Shown one piece after another: positions 11,101 through 22,064 of a stretch of DNA of 64,000 bases (position 1 is the first letter of the stretch; each line of letters opens with the position of its first letter). Below the pieces are notes generated by a model. The model worked only from the letters and a program-made list of their open reading frames with translations. It searched no databases and was not told where the DNA came from. Both the position numbers and the translations under genes were made by a program. The stretch covers positions 192,001-256,000 of the forward strand of contig CAXXFK010000010.1 in NCBI GenBank assembly GCA_963663965.2, in the 5' to 3' direction. The DNA is from Sedimentisphaerales bacterium (lineage in GTDB: Bacteria > Planctomycetota > Phycisphaerae > Sedimentisphaerales > SM23-30).

Positions 11101-14100
11101 TTCATTCCTGACCGTCCAGGTTACATCAACCATTTTGCCGGCCGGTTCCGATTCCGGCGGAATGATATCCATAACCACCAGATCCGGGCGCGGTTCCACA
11201 TAAAGCATCCACGACTCCGTATCGCTACCCAGCCGGTTGGATGCCATAATAGTCACCTCATAGGGACTGCCTTCAATCGACGGTTCCAACCAGGAGACCA
11301 CACCGGTATCCGGATCGATTGTCATACCAACCGGCCCGGAAATCAGAGACCAGGCCTCGACCACCGTATCTTCTTGTAAAACAGGATAGGGACCGGTATA
11401 TGCTTTATTCTGCCCGGCATAGCCATCCGGGATATCTAAAATATCCGGCAATGTCAGCGCAATCAATTTAAACCGTTCGGTTGATTCCCCTGAGATATTG
11501 GCCGCTTTGATAGTCACCTGCCAGGGGCTTCCTGCGGAAACCGGATTCTCCCAGGTAATAATCCCGTTGGATGAATTAATCTGCATGCCTGTCGGACCTT
11601 CCACCAGTGACCAGACAATCGGATAAGTACCCTGGATCAATTCCGGCTTGACGCCGATATAATACTGACCCGCGACAAAATAATCATCCGGTATCGGTTC
11701 GATCACGGGCGGCGTGGGATAGACTTCCAACTGCCAGGAAGTCTCACCGGCGCCGGCCGCGTTTTTTGCCCGTATTGTGATCGTATAAGGACTGCCATCC
11801 AATCTGGGTTTAGACCAGCTGACCACACCATTGGTCGCATCGATTGTCATGCCCGACGGTCCATTTACCAGTTCCCATGACACAAATGTCGAGGTCGCCA
11901 GTTGAGGAATGACACTCTGGTAGACATAACCCTGGGTAACGGTTGTATCGGCTATTGGCATAACGACCGGAGGAATGACGATAATCAACTGCCAGGATTC
12001 ATAATGACTGCCTGCTGAATTTCTGGCCCGGATCGTTACAGAATGCGGACTGCCGGTAACGGTTGGATACGGCCAGCTCACCTGCCCGGTTAAGGGATCA
12101 ATAGACATCCCTTCCGGCCCCTGAGTCAATTCCCATGTCACATTTTTATTCCCGGCCAATAATACCGGATTGGGGCCGACATAGGGCTTATTAGCGGCTA
12201 TATAGGCATTATTAATGCTTTGTATAACCGGCTCACCCAGTTCAACGGTGAGTTGCCAGCTTATCGTATCTGAGCCAACCGGATTGGCTGCCTGAATGGT
12301 TATCGTATGAGGACTGCCTGCCAGTACTGCTTTAGTCCAACTGACTACACCGGTTTCCGCATTGATAGTCATTCCGGCCGGCGCTTCAAGCAAAGACCAG
12401 GCCACAGACAAAGCGCCATTGACAATCTGCGGTGTTGTACCCAAATAAAAATCTCCTTCTCCAACACTGGCATTCGCTACTCCACCAACCTGAGGGATTT
12501 CCATAATCGATAATTGCCAGCTTTCCGTATCTTCGCCATCCGGATTGCTGGCTTTAATCGTAACAACCAGGCCATCGGATTCCAGGGTTGGATAATCCCA
12601 ACTCACCTGCCCGGTAACCGGATCGATAATCAAACCATCCGGATACTCTCCTTCCAGAGACCAGACAATCTCTCCGGAACCGCCGGTCAGACTGGGGAGC
12701 GCCGATTCATACAGAACTCCCGCTGGAATAATCTGATCGCTTATCCCGGCAATAAAGGTTTATCCAGCACTCTCAGGTTAAAACTCACGTCGACACTGCC
12801 AACAGTATTGGACGCACGAATAGTAATAGTATAAGGCTCTCCTGTTGGCAATAACCGCGCGGTATTCCAGGATACCACCCCGGTCTGGGCATTGATCGTC
12901 ATATCAACCGGGCCGCTGATCAATGACCAGGAAACGTCGCCCGGTTCGTTTTCCAGATTCGGGGCAGTACCCGTAAAAGATTGACCGATTAAGACAGACC
13001 TGTCTTCCATTGCAGAGATAACCGGCAGTTCCTGGACTGACAGCAGCCAGCTTTCATCATCAAAACCGGTTTCATCAGCGTTCGTCGCCCGTATGGTTAT
13101 CTGATAGGCCTCCAGCGCTGCGATTGGATTGGACCAGCTTACCACGCCCGTTTGCGAATCGATCGTCATTCCTTCCGGTCCATTCTCCAAAGTCCAGAAT
13201 ACCGGGGTGATGGCATTGATCACCACCGGCTGCGGCCCGGTGTATACGGATCCGCCTGGCACAAGCGCGTCCTCAATATTCATCACCAGAATAGCGCCAT
13301 CATCCTCCACGGTAATGATCGTTCCATCATCGCCATTTGCCCTTCCGGAACCACCCGAAACAGTACATCCACCCAAACCCGTATAATGATCGGCAAAACC
13401 ATATTGTAATAAAATACGCCCACCCCCGCCGCCTCCGGCGAAAGGATTGCCGCCATTGCCCCCATCTGCATGCAACGTACCGGCGCCTTCCAGGGTACCG
13501 GCCTTGATAATAATTCCTCCACCGCTGCCACCGCCGCCCATATTCATTCCATCCAGACCATTGGCGGTGATTGTCCCATTAAAATTAAAGATATCTTTTA
13601 CCGTTAGATATAACGCACCACCGCCGGAGCCGCCGGTGTTATCTCGGTCGGTTCCGCCGCCACCCGAACCCGCGCTGTCCGGCCAGGCAGGCGAGCCATA
13701 AGCCAGACCACCGGCTCCCATGCGTCCTTTTCCTCCTGCACCGCCATAAGCGCCGCCGCCAGAACCCTCAGCATGAGCCTGACCTTTGCCGGTACCTTCG
13801 TTTTGCAGACCACCAGTTCCATCGGCAGTAATTCTGGCATTGACTGCCATCACCATTTCATTTACCGTAAGAGAATCTGTAAAAGCCATTTCCAAAACAG
13901 CTCCCTCATGTACGGTAAGACGATTCAGCGTATAAGCCAGCGGACCCGACTCATTATACAGATCAAACCGGTTATAAACTTCTATATCCAGTTCTGTTAA
14001 ATCCAATTGGTTCCGATTCATCCGACGGATAAAGGCAGATGATCCTTTACCGCCAGTCATTCGACCTGTTCCACCATTAATATTCACGTTGCCAAATCCG

Positions 14101-16274
14101 GCAAATGTATCAGCGTTATTGTAATAGACGACGATCCGGCCGCCGCCGCCGCCACCGGCAAACGGGCTGCCGCTTGAACCGCCTTTAGCGGACAGACTGC
14201 CACCGCCACTCAATTGAACGCTATCCAGCAATATTGTACCGCCGGCGCCACCGCCACCCTGGCCGGTACCATTCAAACCATCAGCCACAATGGAGCCATC
14301 AACAACCAGTTTATGGGCATGAATCTCTATCAAGCCTCCACCTTGACCACCCTGATTATTTTCTCCCGCGCTGCCCCCTCCGGATCCCGCCTGGTCCGGC
14401 CAGAAAGACCAGCCATAAACCGCTCCGCCATCGCCAATGGCGCCCCGGCCACCCGGGCCGCCATTGGCACCGCCACCTGCGCCCTGGGCGGCATAATCAC
14501 CCGCTCCCGGGCCTCCATCAGGTCCAAAACCCAAACCGCTCGCTTCGATGATCGCGCCAGTCTCAATGAGGATATCATTTGCATCGATACGATTGACTGA
14601 TCCGATGGTAAATATTGAGCCTGTATGTAAATGAATCATATCACCGACATAAACCGGTATCGCCGGATCATCCTCCGGCCGAAAGCTTTGATAAACATGC
14701 AGGTCATTGCGCCCGCCAGCCTGATCGAAGAATCCCGCTGTGCCGGTCTGGCCCGGCCGATATCCCTGCCCGCCTTGTACCGTACAACTTGCATAGCCTT
14801 GATAATCCTGCCCATCCTGATAATAAACCGCGATCCGTCCGCCTCCTCCGCCATTACGACCATCTCCGCCGACTGCCTGAACCTGCCCGTTACCGCTCAG
14901 TTCACGCGTTGTGATCCAGATTGAACCACCCGCTCCGCCCCCGGCGGTCTCTCCTGCAGCAGCAATGCCATTCGCAGTTATCCTGCCATCCAATATCAGA
15001 TTATCCGTAATGATTCGAATGGCCCCGCCCCCGGCGCCTCCCAAACCATCATCAGCATTACCTCCGCCAGAACCCAGTGTAACGGGTTCAAACGAACTGC
15101 CGTATGACATTCTAATCTCTGAATTACCGCCTCCGATTCCCCCATGACTGCCTCCTCCGGCGCCCAGACCTACCGACCGTCATACCCTGTCCCGGCGCCC
15201 GGTCCTTCCCCCGCCAGATACCCCATGCCATCGGCGCTGATTTGACAGCCTTCATCAACCACGACATCATAAGTGACAGTTATATTCCGATGCTTCTGTC
15301 TGGCCATCCTGTAAAATCAATACTCCAGGATTCCCTCCCTCATCATGCCTGACGGCGAGCGCTCCAAAAGAGTGCCGGCCGCGAATCACGACCGTTCCAC
15401 CGGTTATAATAATGACCTGCCCATCCAGTGAATTATCATCTTCTTCGATAACCACGCCATCTTCCAGCGGTAACCCCACAAAAATTCGACAATTTGCTTC
15501 ATCAGTGCCGAAATCATTTTCTGCTTTTATAATAAAATCATATGGATCGATACTGGGAACCGGATTTTCCCAGCCAAGTTGCCCTTGTTGATCAATAAAA
15601 ACAGGATTGTCCGGACTGATTGACCATACTAATTCTGGCAAGGGAATCTCTAAGCGGATGACATGACTGAAAGGGATACCTGATGCAATGAAAAGATCGT
15701 CAACCGGCTTAATAGCTGGAGGAATGTCTTGAGGCACCATTCCCAGGGCATCGCCCGTGATCGCAATATCGGCGTAAGTTCCACCACCATAATCTTCAAA
15801 CCGGAATGCCACCATATTGGCTCCGGGTTTGACATAATCACTGTCAACGTTGACAGTATATTCCCAGTAACTGGCGCCTCCACCGGCGTTATGGCCACTG
15901 ATGAAATTTCCGTTTATGTAGAAATCATAACCATTATCGACGGCAACCCGTAATGTAAGCGGAATGCTCCGGTATAAATAAATCTCTTTGTAAACGAACA
16001 GGTCGCCATTAGCCGACCAGGAAATCGGCCAGACTCCGTCTACCCACGCGCTATGATCACAACTATCCAGATTCCAGTCAGGAACCGGCGGATGCGATTG
16101 CTGATCACCTGAATATTGATCGGGTACACGAACATATTTAAAATCCCTGCCATATTGAGATGGCATGCTGTTATAATTGCCCAGATACAAAATATCCTCT
16201 GACCACAGAGCGCCGGTTATGGCTAAAAGCACTATCGCAATTGAGAAATAATTAGTATTCTTATTCATTGTCAT
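5197..16274 (-). CDS. Giant secreted multidomain surface protein (~3,690 aa), split into three ORFs by three single-base indels
   Basis: ORFs 15267-16274, 12741-15110 and 5197-12633 join via +1 (15270-15318), -1 (15173-15180) and -1 (A run 12754-12756), with sensible bridging peptides (ITVTYDVVVDEGCQISADGMGYLAGEGPGAG; IAGISDQIIPAGVLYESALPSLTGGSGEIVWSL). Domain order: signal peptide, lectin-like domain, 3 Gly-rich units, 9 putative Ig repeats (GPxGMxIDxxTGVVSW), 3 CARDB-like (PDL), Cys-rich region, dockerin-like pair. Confidence 0.85.
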
Positions 16275-16311
16275 AACTCCAGGTATTTATAAACAAATAT
16301 GTTCGTCCAGT

Positions 16312-19300
16312 TTATTTTAACCACTCAGTATCAATCATCATGATATCGTTCAAATCAACCATGCCATTCATATTTACATCCGCTCCCCCACACCAGTCGG
16401 GCAGATAACAGTCGGCATCAAGCCATTGTGCGGAGACGGCAGCGAAATCGACCAGATCGATCCGGCAATTGCAGTTGACATCAGCTAGTGGTCTGGGCTG
16501 ATCCAACGAACCGCAATAACCGGTGGTGGCTGCCTCGAGATCCAGGGCGATAAAGCCCTGATCGAACGGGGCAACCGTCTCGCCGTCGGGAATCAACTCG
16601 TTTACCAGAGCCATAGCGCCCTCGATTCGGGCATAGACTCTGATATCGTTCAAAATCAAGGTGGAACCGCCAATGATTCGCAGACCATCAGTTGTCTGGT
16701 TGCCGGCCAGATAGAGGGACTCGCGTCCCAGGGAACCGCGGTTGCCGTTATTAACCAGATCGGACAGGCAAACCATAGTCGATTGACTGGTCTGGCCGAC
16801 GACCAATTGTCCGATAGCGAAATTATCGGTTAGGGCTTGCTCCAATCCACCATCCGAACAACCCACCTCCAGATACTGGATATAGTTTTGCGGATCGTTG
16901 GGATCGTCTGTCCAGATATCGCCCCAATCGGTTGGGCCGGCCGGTTGGATATCGCTATCGGCCGATATGGCGTTTTGGCCAGAAGCCAGCGCCAGGAACG
17001 CATCTGCCATGCCGGAAAATTCGCCACCGGCGAGCATGTTCACATAAGTGTTTTCCACATTGCTGACAGCCGGTTCAACTTCCATCGGTCCATCGTCACA
17101 CATCGCCGCCGGCAGCGCCATACTATCTCCGCCGATCGATCGCGGCAATTCGCCGGTCATAATCAGTCTGGCATCCTCCAGATTCACCGACGTTTCAACC
17201 TGATGAGCAAAGGAATAATTACCGGCAATCGCCAATATGGGCATCTCGGAAGAACTAATCGTTGTACTCGAACCTAACAGTAAGTCTTTTTCGACGAAAA
17301 CCAGAGCGTTGTAACCCACCATATTGAACTGGGCATTGCCGGATGAATAAATATTGCCCAATCTTAACCGGCTGTTATTAATATTAAATTTCGTCACACC
17401 ACTGCCGGCGCTGGTTACCTGCTGCAAACTGCCTAAATCGATCTCGGCGTCGCCACTGCAATTGAACTCCACCCAGTCCTGACTGCGCACCGGACCGGTG
17501 ATCCGCGTCACTCCCGAAAAATCAATCTTGCCGCCCGCGCCGGCCGTGATCCGCTGATAACAGGTATCCCGATACGAATTGCCATATACAGTCTCATTGA
17601 ATCCCAAATTCATGCTGGTCAGGGAGGATAAATCCAGCAAACTGCCCGTGCCCGTACTGCCAAATAAATCCCAAACCTTCGTCTCATAAGATCCATCGTC
17701 ATCCGATTGCAACAGACCCGTCGAAGCGTAACTCCCGGCAACCACATCCCCACTAATGACGCCCCACTGCCGCCCGCCATTCACAAACAATTGCGCATTG
17801 TTAATATCCTGCAATCCACCCGTCTCAAACACATTCATCGCATCGATCTTCACCTTGCTGCGACTGCCGGAAAAACTGATCAGTTCAGGCGCCCGGAAAA
17901 TATAAGAGGTATCTTCATTCCCATCCCAGTATATATCCAGATTCGCCCCGGTCAAATCCGGCAACACAACTTCACTATTAGAATCCAGATAAAACGTACT
18001 CGCGCTGATTGTATGCAAGCCGCTGTAAAATTGACTGTTAGCACCCAGCGTTATACTACTGTTCGATAACGAACCCAGTTCCCCCGCATTGAATTGACTG
18101 TCTGCCGCTAACGATAGAGATGCATTGGCAATGGATGACACTGCCGGCATATTCAATATGCTGGAAGGCTGGGTCATCGACACCTGCATCCGATTGACGC
18201 TGGTCAATACCGGAAACTCCCACAGATCGCGGGCGATATTGAACCGCACCGTCCCGCTGCCGGCGCTGGTTACCTGCTGCAAACTGCCTAAATCGATCTC
18301 GGCGTCGCCACTGCAATTGAACTCCACCCAGTCCTGGCTGCGCACCGGACCGGTGATCCGCGTCACTCCCGAAAAATCAATCTTGCCGCCCGCGCCGGCC
18401 GTGATCCGCTGATAACAGGTATCCCGATACGAATTGCCATATACAGTCTCATTGAATCCCAAATTCATACTGGTCAGGGAGGATAAATCCAGCAAACTGC
18501 CTGTGCCCGTGCTGCCAAATAAATCCCAAACCTTCGTCTCATAAGATCCATCGTCATCTGATTGTAGCAGACCCGTCGAAGCGTAACTCTCGGCGACCAC
18601 ATCCCCACTGATGACACCCCACTGCCGCCCGCCATTCACAAACAATTGCGCATTGTTAATATCCTGCAATCCACCCGTCTCAAACACATTCATCGCATCG
18701 ATCTTCACCTTGCTGCGACTGCCGGAAAAACTGATCAGTTCAGGCGCCCGGAAAATATAAGAGGTATCTTCATTCCCATCCCAGTATATATCCAGATTCG
18801 CCTCGGTCAAATCCGGCAATATCACCTCGCTGCTGGAATCCAGATAAAACGTGCTGGCGTCAATGCTATGCAAACCCCCATTAAACCGGCTGTTGGCGCC
18901 CAAGGTCAGACTGCTGCTGGATAACTGGACCAGTTCATCCGCATTCAGAAGGCTGTCAGCCGATAGCGAAATGGATGAATTCGACAGCGTCGATAACACC
19001 GGCATATTCAATATGCTGGAAGGCTGGGTCATCGACACCTGCATCCGATTGACGCTGGTCAATACCGGAAACTCCCACAGATCGCGGGCGATATTGAACC
19101 GCACCGTCCCGCTGCCGGCGCTGGTTACCTGCTGCAAACTGCCTAAATCGATCTCGGCGTCGCCACTACAATTGAACTCCACCCAGTCCTGACTGCGCAC
19201 CGGACCGGTGATCCGCGTCACTCCCGAAAAATCTATCTTGCCGCCCGCGCCGGCCGAGATCCGCTGATAACAGGTATCCCGATACGAATTGCCATATACA

Positions 19301-20751
19301 GTCTCATTGAATCCCAAATTCATACTGGTCAGGGAGGATAAATCCAGCAAACTGCCTGTGCCCGTGCTGCCAAATAAATCCCAAACCTTCGTCTCATAAG
19401 ATCCATCGTCATCCGATTGTAGCAGACCCGTCGAAGCGTAACTCTCCGCGACCACATCCCCACTGATGACACCCCACTGCCGCCCGCCATTCACAAACAA
19501 TTGCGCATTGTTAATATCCTGCAATCCACCCGTCTCAAACACATTCATCGCATCGATCTTCACCTTGCTGCGACTGCCGGAAAAACTGATCAGTTCAGGC
19601 GCCCGGAAAATATAAGAGGTATCTTCATTCCCATCCCAGTATATATCCAGATTCGCCTCGGTCAAATCCGGCAATATCACCTCGCTGCTGGAATCCAGAT
19701 AAAACGTGCTGGCGTCAATGCTATGCAAACCCCCATTAAACCGGCTGTTGGCGCCCAAGGTCAGACTGCTGCTGGATAACTGGACCAGTTCATCCGCATT
19801 CAGAAGGCTGTCAGCCGATAGCGAAATGGATGAATTCGACAGCGTCGATAACACCGGCATATTCAATATGCTGGAAGGCTGGGTCATCGACACCTGCATC
19901 CGATTGACGCTGGTCAATACCGGAAACTCCCACAGATCGCGGGCGATATTGAACCGCACCGTCCCGCTGCCGGCGCTGGTTACCTGCTGCAAACTGCCTA
20001 AATCGATCTCGGCGTCGCCACTGCAATTGAACTCCACCCAGTCCTGACTGCGCACCGGACCGGTGATCCGCGTTACTCCCGAAAAATCAATCTTGCCGCC
20101 CGCGCCGGCCGTGATCCGCTGATAACAGGTATCCCGATACGAATTGCCGTACACAGTCTCATTGAATCCCAAATTCATGCTGGTCAGGGAGGATAAATCC
20201 AGCAAACTGCCTGTGCCCGTGCTGCCAAATAAATCCCAAACCTTCGTCTCATAAGATCCATCGTCATCCGACTGCAAAAGACCTGTCGAAGCATATCCCC
20301 CCATTACCGGAAGACTTAACACTCCGTTATCCACAAACATCCGTGCCCGATTCCCCGTAATCAGATAATCCCCTCCTGGCTGAGCGATCAGAGAAGCATC
20401 ATCAACGGATATTATCCCGTTAAAAATACCTTGCGCCATAATATTAATATCGCTCCCCGGTTCCACTGATAACGTACTATCCGATCCCATCGTCATTCCA
20501 AATAATTCGATGGGCCAGTTCATATTGTAAGTCACGTTGCCGCCACCTGGGATATCCGCGATATAATCATCCCACAAATCATTAAAGGGAATAGCGCCAT
20601 TGACCCAGTTTAAAGAATACCAGTAGTTATCGGACGCCGCGCCCGACCAGGTACTGGTAACCAGATCAGCAGGCAATAATGACGTTATACCAGCCAGCAA
20701 GCAAAAAAAGAATACCAACACATTTATTCTCGTGTGCAAGACCGTGGCCAT
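16312..20751 (-). CDS. Secreted tandem-repeat protein with C-terminal dockerin-like pair; paralogue of 1661-5161
   Basis: Signal peptide; ~3.4 copies of a 285-aa unit; shares the N-terminal 'W.GA.S..YW...NW..G..PF.D.WDDYIA' and post-repeat 'QYLE.G..D.G...NF.IGQLVVG...NGNRG..GRE.LYL' blocks with 1661-5161. Confidence 0.85.
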   Translation of the reverse strand: MATVLHTRINVLVFFFCLLAGITSLLPADLVTSTWSGAASDNYWYSLNWVNGAIPFNDLWDDYIADIPGGGNVTYNMNWPIELFGMTMGSDSTLSVEPGSDINIMAQGIFNGIISVDDASLIAQPGGDYLITGNRARMFVDNGVLSLPVMGGYASTGLLQSDDDGSYETKVWDLFGSTGTGSLLDLSSLTSMNLGFNETVYGNSYRDTCYQRITAGAGGKIDFSGVTRITGPVRSQDWVEFNCSGDAEIDLGSLQQVTSAGSGTVRFNIARDLWEFPVLTSVNRMQVSMTQPSSILNMPVLSTLSNSSISLSADSLLNADELVQLSSSSLTLGANSRFNGGLHSIDASTFYLDSSSEVILPDLTEANLDIYWDGNEDTSYIFRAPELISFSGSRSKVKIDAMNVFETGGLQDINNAQLFVNGGRQWGVISGDVVAESYASTGLLQSDDDGSYETKVWDLFGSTGTGSLLDLSSLTSMNLGFNETVYGNSYRDTCYQRISAGAGGKIDFSGVTRITGPVRSQDWVEFNCSGDAEIDLGSLQQVTSAGSGTVRFNIARDLWEFPVLTSVNRMQVSMTQPSSILNMPVLSTLSNSSISLSADSLLNADELVQLSSSSLTLGANSRFNGGLHSIDASTFYLDSSSEVILPDLTEANLDIYWDGNEDTSYIFRAPELISFSGSRSKVKIDAMNVFETGGLQDINNAQLFVNGGRQWGVISGDVVAESYASTGLLQSDDDGSYETKVWDLFGSTGTGSLLDLSSLTSMNLGFNETVYGNSYRDTCYQRITAGAGGKIDFSGVTRITGPVRSQDWVEFNCSGDAEIDLGSLQQVTSAGSGTVRFNIARDLWEFPVLTSVNRMQVSMTQPSSILNMPAVSSIANASLSLAADSQFNAGELGSLSNSSITLGANSQFYSGLHTISASTFYLDSNSEVVLPDLTGANLDIYWDGNEDTSYIFRAPELISFSGSRSKVKIDAMNVFETGGLQDINNAQLFVNGGRQWGVISGDVVAGSYASTGLLQSDDDGSYETKVWDLFGSTGTGSLLDLSSLTSMNLGFNETVYGNSYRDTCYQRITAGAGGKIDFSGVTRITGPVRSQDWVEFNCSGDAEIDLGSLQQVTSAGSGVTKFNINNSRLRLGNIYSSGNAQFNMVGYNALVFVEKDLLLGSSTTISSSEMPILAIAGNYSFAHQVETSVNLEDARLIMTGELPRSIGGDSMALPAAMCDDGPMEVEPAVSNVENTYVNMLAGGEFSGMADAFLALASGQNAISADSDIQPAGPTDWGDIWTDDPNDPQNYIQYLEVGCSDGGLEQALTDNFAIGQLVVGQTSQSTMVCLSDLVNNGNRGSLGRESLYLAGNQTTDGLRIIGGSTLILNDIRVYARIEGAMALVNELIPDGETVAPFDQGFIALDLEAATTGYCGSLDQPRPLADVNCNCRIDLVDFAAVSAQWLDADCYLPDWCGGADVNMNGMVDLNDIMMIDTEWLK
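17402..20291 (-). repeat. Near-identical intragenic tandem repeat, 855-bp period (boundaries approximate)
   Basis: GTCTCATAAGATCCATCGTC at 17681, 18536, 19391 and 20246. Confidence 0.95.
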
Positions 20752-20808
20752 AAGAATACTCCTTTGGGCGACTTATAAAAGTATACTATTTTTCTGAAAA
20801 ACCTATAA

Positions 20809-21330
20809 TTACCGACCCGCAAGCCGGCGCTTGATAAAACCAATCACCATTCCAACTCCACCTAAAACCATCATATTCGGTTCCGGCACGGTATACCCGG
20901 ATTCAATCAAGCTGAAATCATCCGGATCAAGTACTTCATAAAACTGGGATCCCGGTTGACCGGCGCTATTCCACTTGAACCGAACCGCGAATCCTTCCAT
21001 ATCATCTCCAGGGCCAATACCTTCATCTTTGGCCAGAAGATCGTAACCATGCCCCCGCCCCACGACATCGTGCAGGATCGCTTCATCCCATTCAGAAATG
21101 ATCGAATTTCCTGATACGATTTCAAACTGCCCGGCGTTTGTTTCAAACCAGATCGTCAAGCTTTTGATCGGTTCTATCTCGCTATGGTTATTGACAACGC
21201 GATAGGCATACTCCCATTGTTGATTACCCAGATCGGATAATTGATACTCTATCAGCGCCCCCTGTACACTCCCGGCGGCCCATACTATTATGAATGCCAT
21301 CAACAAAACTACCCAATATTTCATAATCAC
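20809..21330 (-). CDS. PEP-CTERM sorting-domain protein
   Basis: Signal peptide; C-terminal VPEP + hydrophobic helix + KRR (YTVPEPNMMVLGGVGMVIGFIKRRLAGR). Confidence 0.9.
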   Translation of the reverse strand: MIMKYWVVLLMAFIIVWAAGSVQGALIEYQLSDLGNQQWEYAYRVVNNHSEIEPIKSLTIWFETNAGQFEIVSGNSIISEWDEAILHDVVGRGHGYDLLAKDEGIGPGDDMEGFAVRFKWNSAGQPGSQFYEVLDPDDFSLIESGYTVPEPNMMVLGGVGMVIGFIKRRLAGR

Positions 21331-22064
21331 ATCGCTCCTGTTTGATAATCAATGAATCTAAAACTGATTAGATATACACGGTTATGCCATATATCTTGCG
21401 CTGAAAATATCAAAAAAATACAAACCAGTAATATAACACAAACACATTTTGAGATGATATTCTCATTTCTCTTCCCGGAAAACATAGAGAAAATCATAAA
21501 ATAAAAATATAGCCTAACATCCATAATAAAAAATTTTATCTTATAAAACAATCCCAAATATCATATTAGCCTAAAATTAACCAGATATGAATACCCGTAA
21601 CAATCAAATCTTGCTTGACCGACTTTATATCGATGCGAACAATGTCAATTCAGGTACTTTAGGCAGTCTAGGCAACAACTATATCACTATAGTTAAATCT
21701 TACCCCACTCTCGGGCTTCAGTTCCCTGAACGCCCAAATCAATCCAGCCATGAATATCCATATCTCCCTAAGCTCTGGTTGAGTATTGGTCATCCCTGTA
21801 AACAGATCTTCCATCGATAACTATTGACGTTTCCGAACTGGCACATGTGAGTTACCGATCCGATCATGAGATGACTCCCAATATCAGGCGGGTTGTGCAT
21901 CTGCTTAAAAAATGAATGTTAAAGACAATTATTGATCTATTCGGGGAAAAATTTGACTGGAGTAACAGGTTTAACCGGCATATAATGCGTTTCTGTTTTC
22001 TGCCGATTGATCTCAATATTAATTCTTGTCACTCGCTTTCGAAATTAAGGAGAAAATTCTACTT

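Noticed and set aside
15267..15269. Selenocysteine or stop read-through joining two same-frame ORFs
   Set aside because: Several more in-frame stops follow, and the meaningful peptide lies in the +1 frame; indels explain it better.
21327..21820. ORFs 21327-21557 and 21587-21820
   Set aside because: AT-rich divergent promoter region; no RBS or recognisable motifs.
21953..21986. TTGACT...TATAAT promoter for 22065
   Set aside because: The spacer is 22 bp; only the -10 box is credible.
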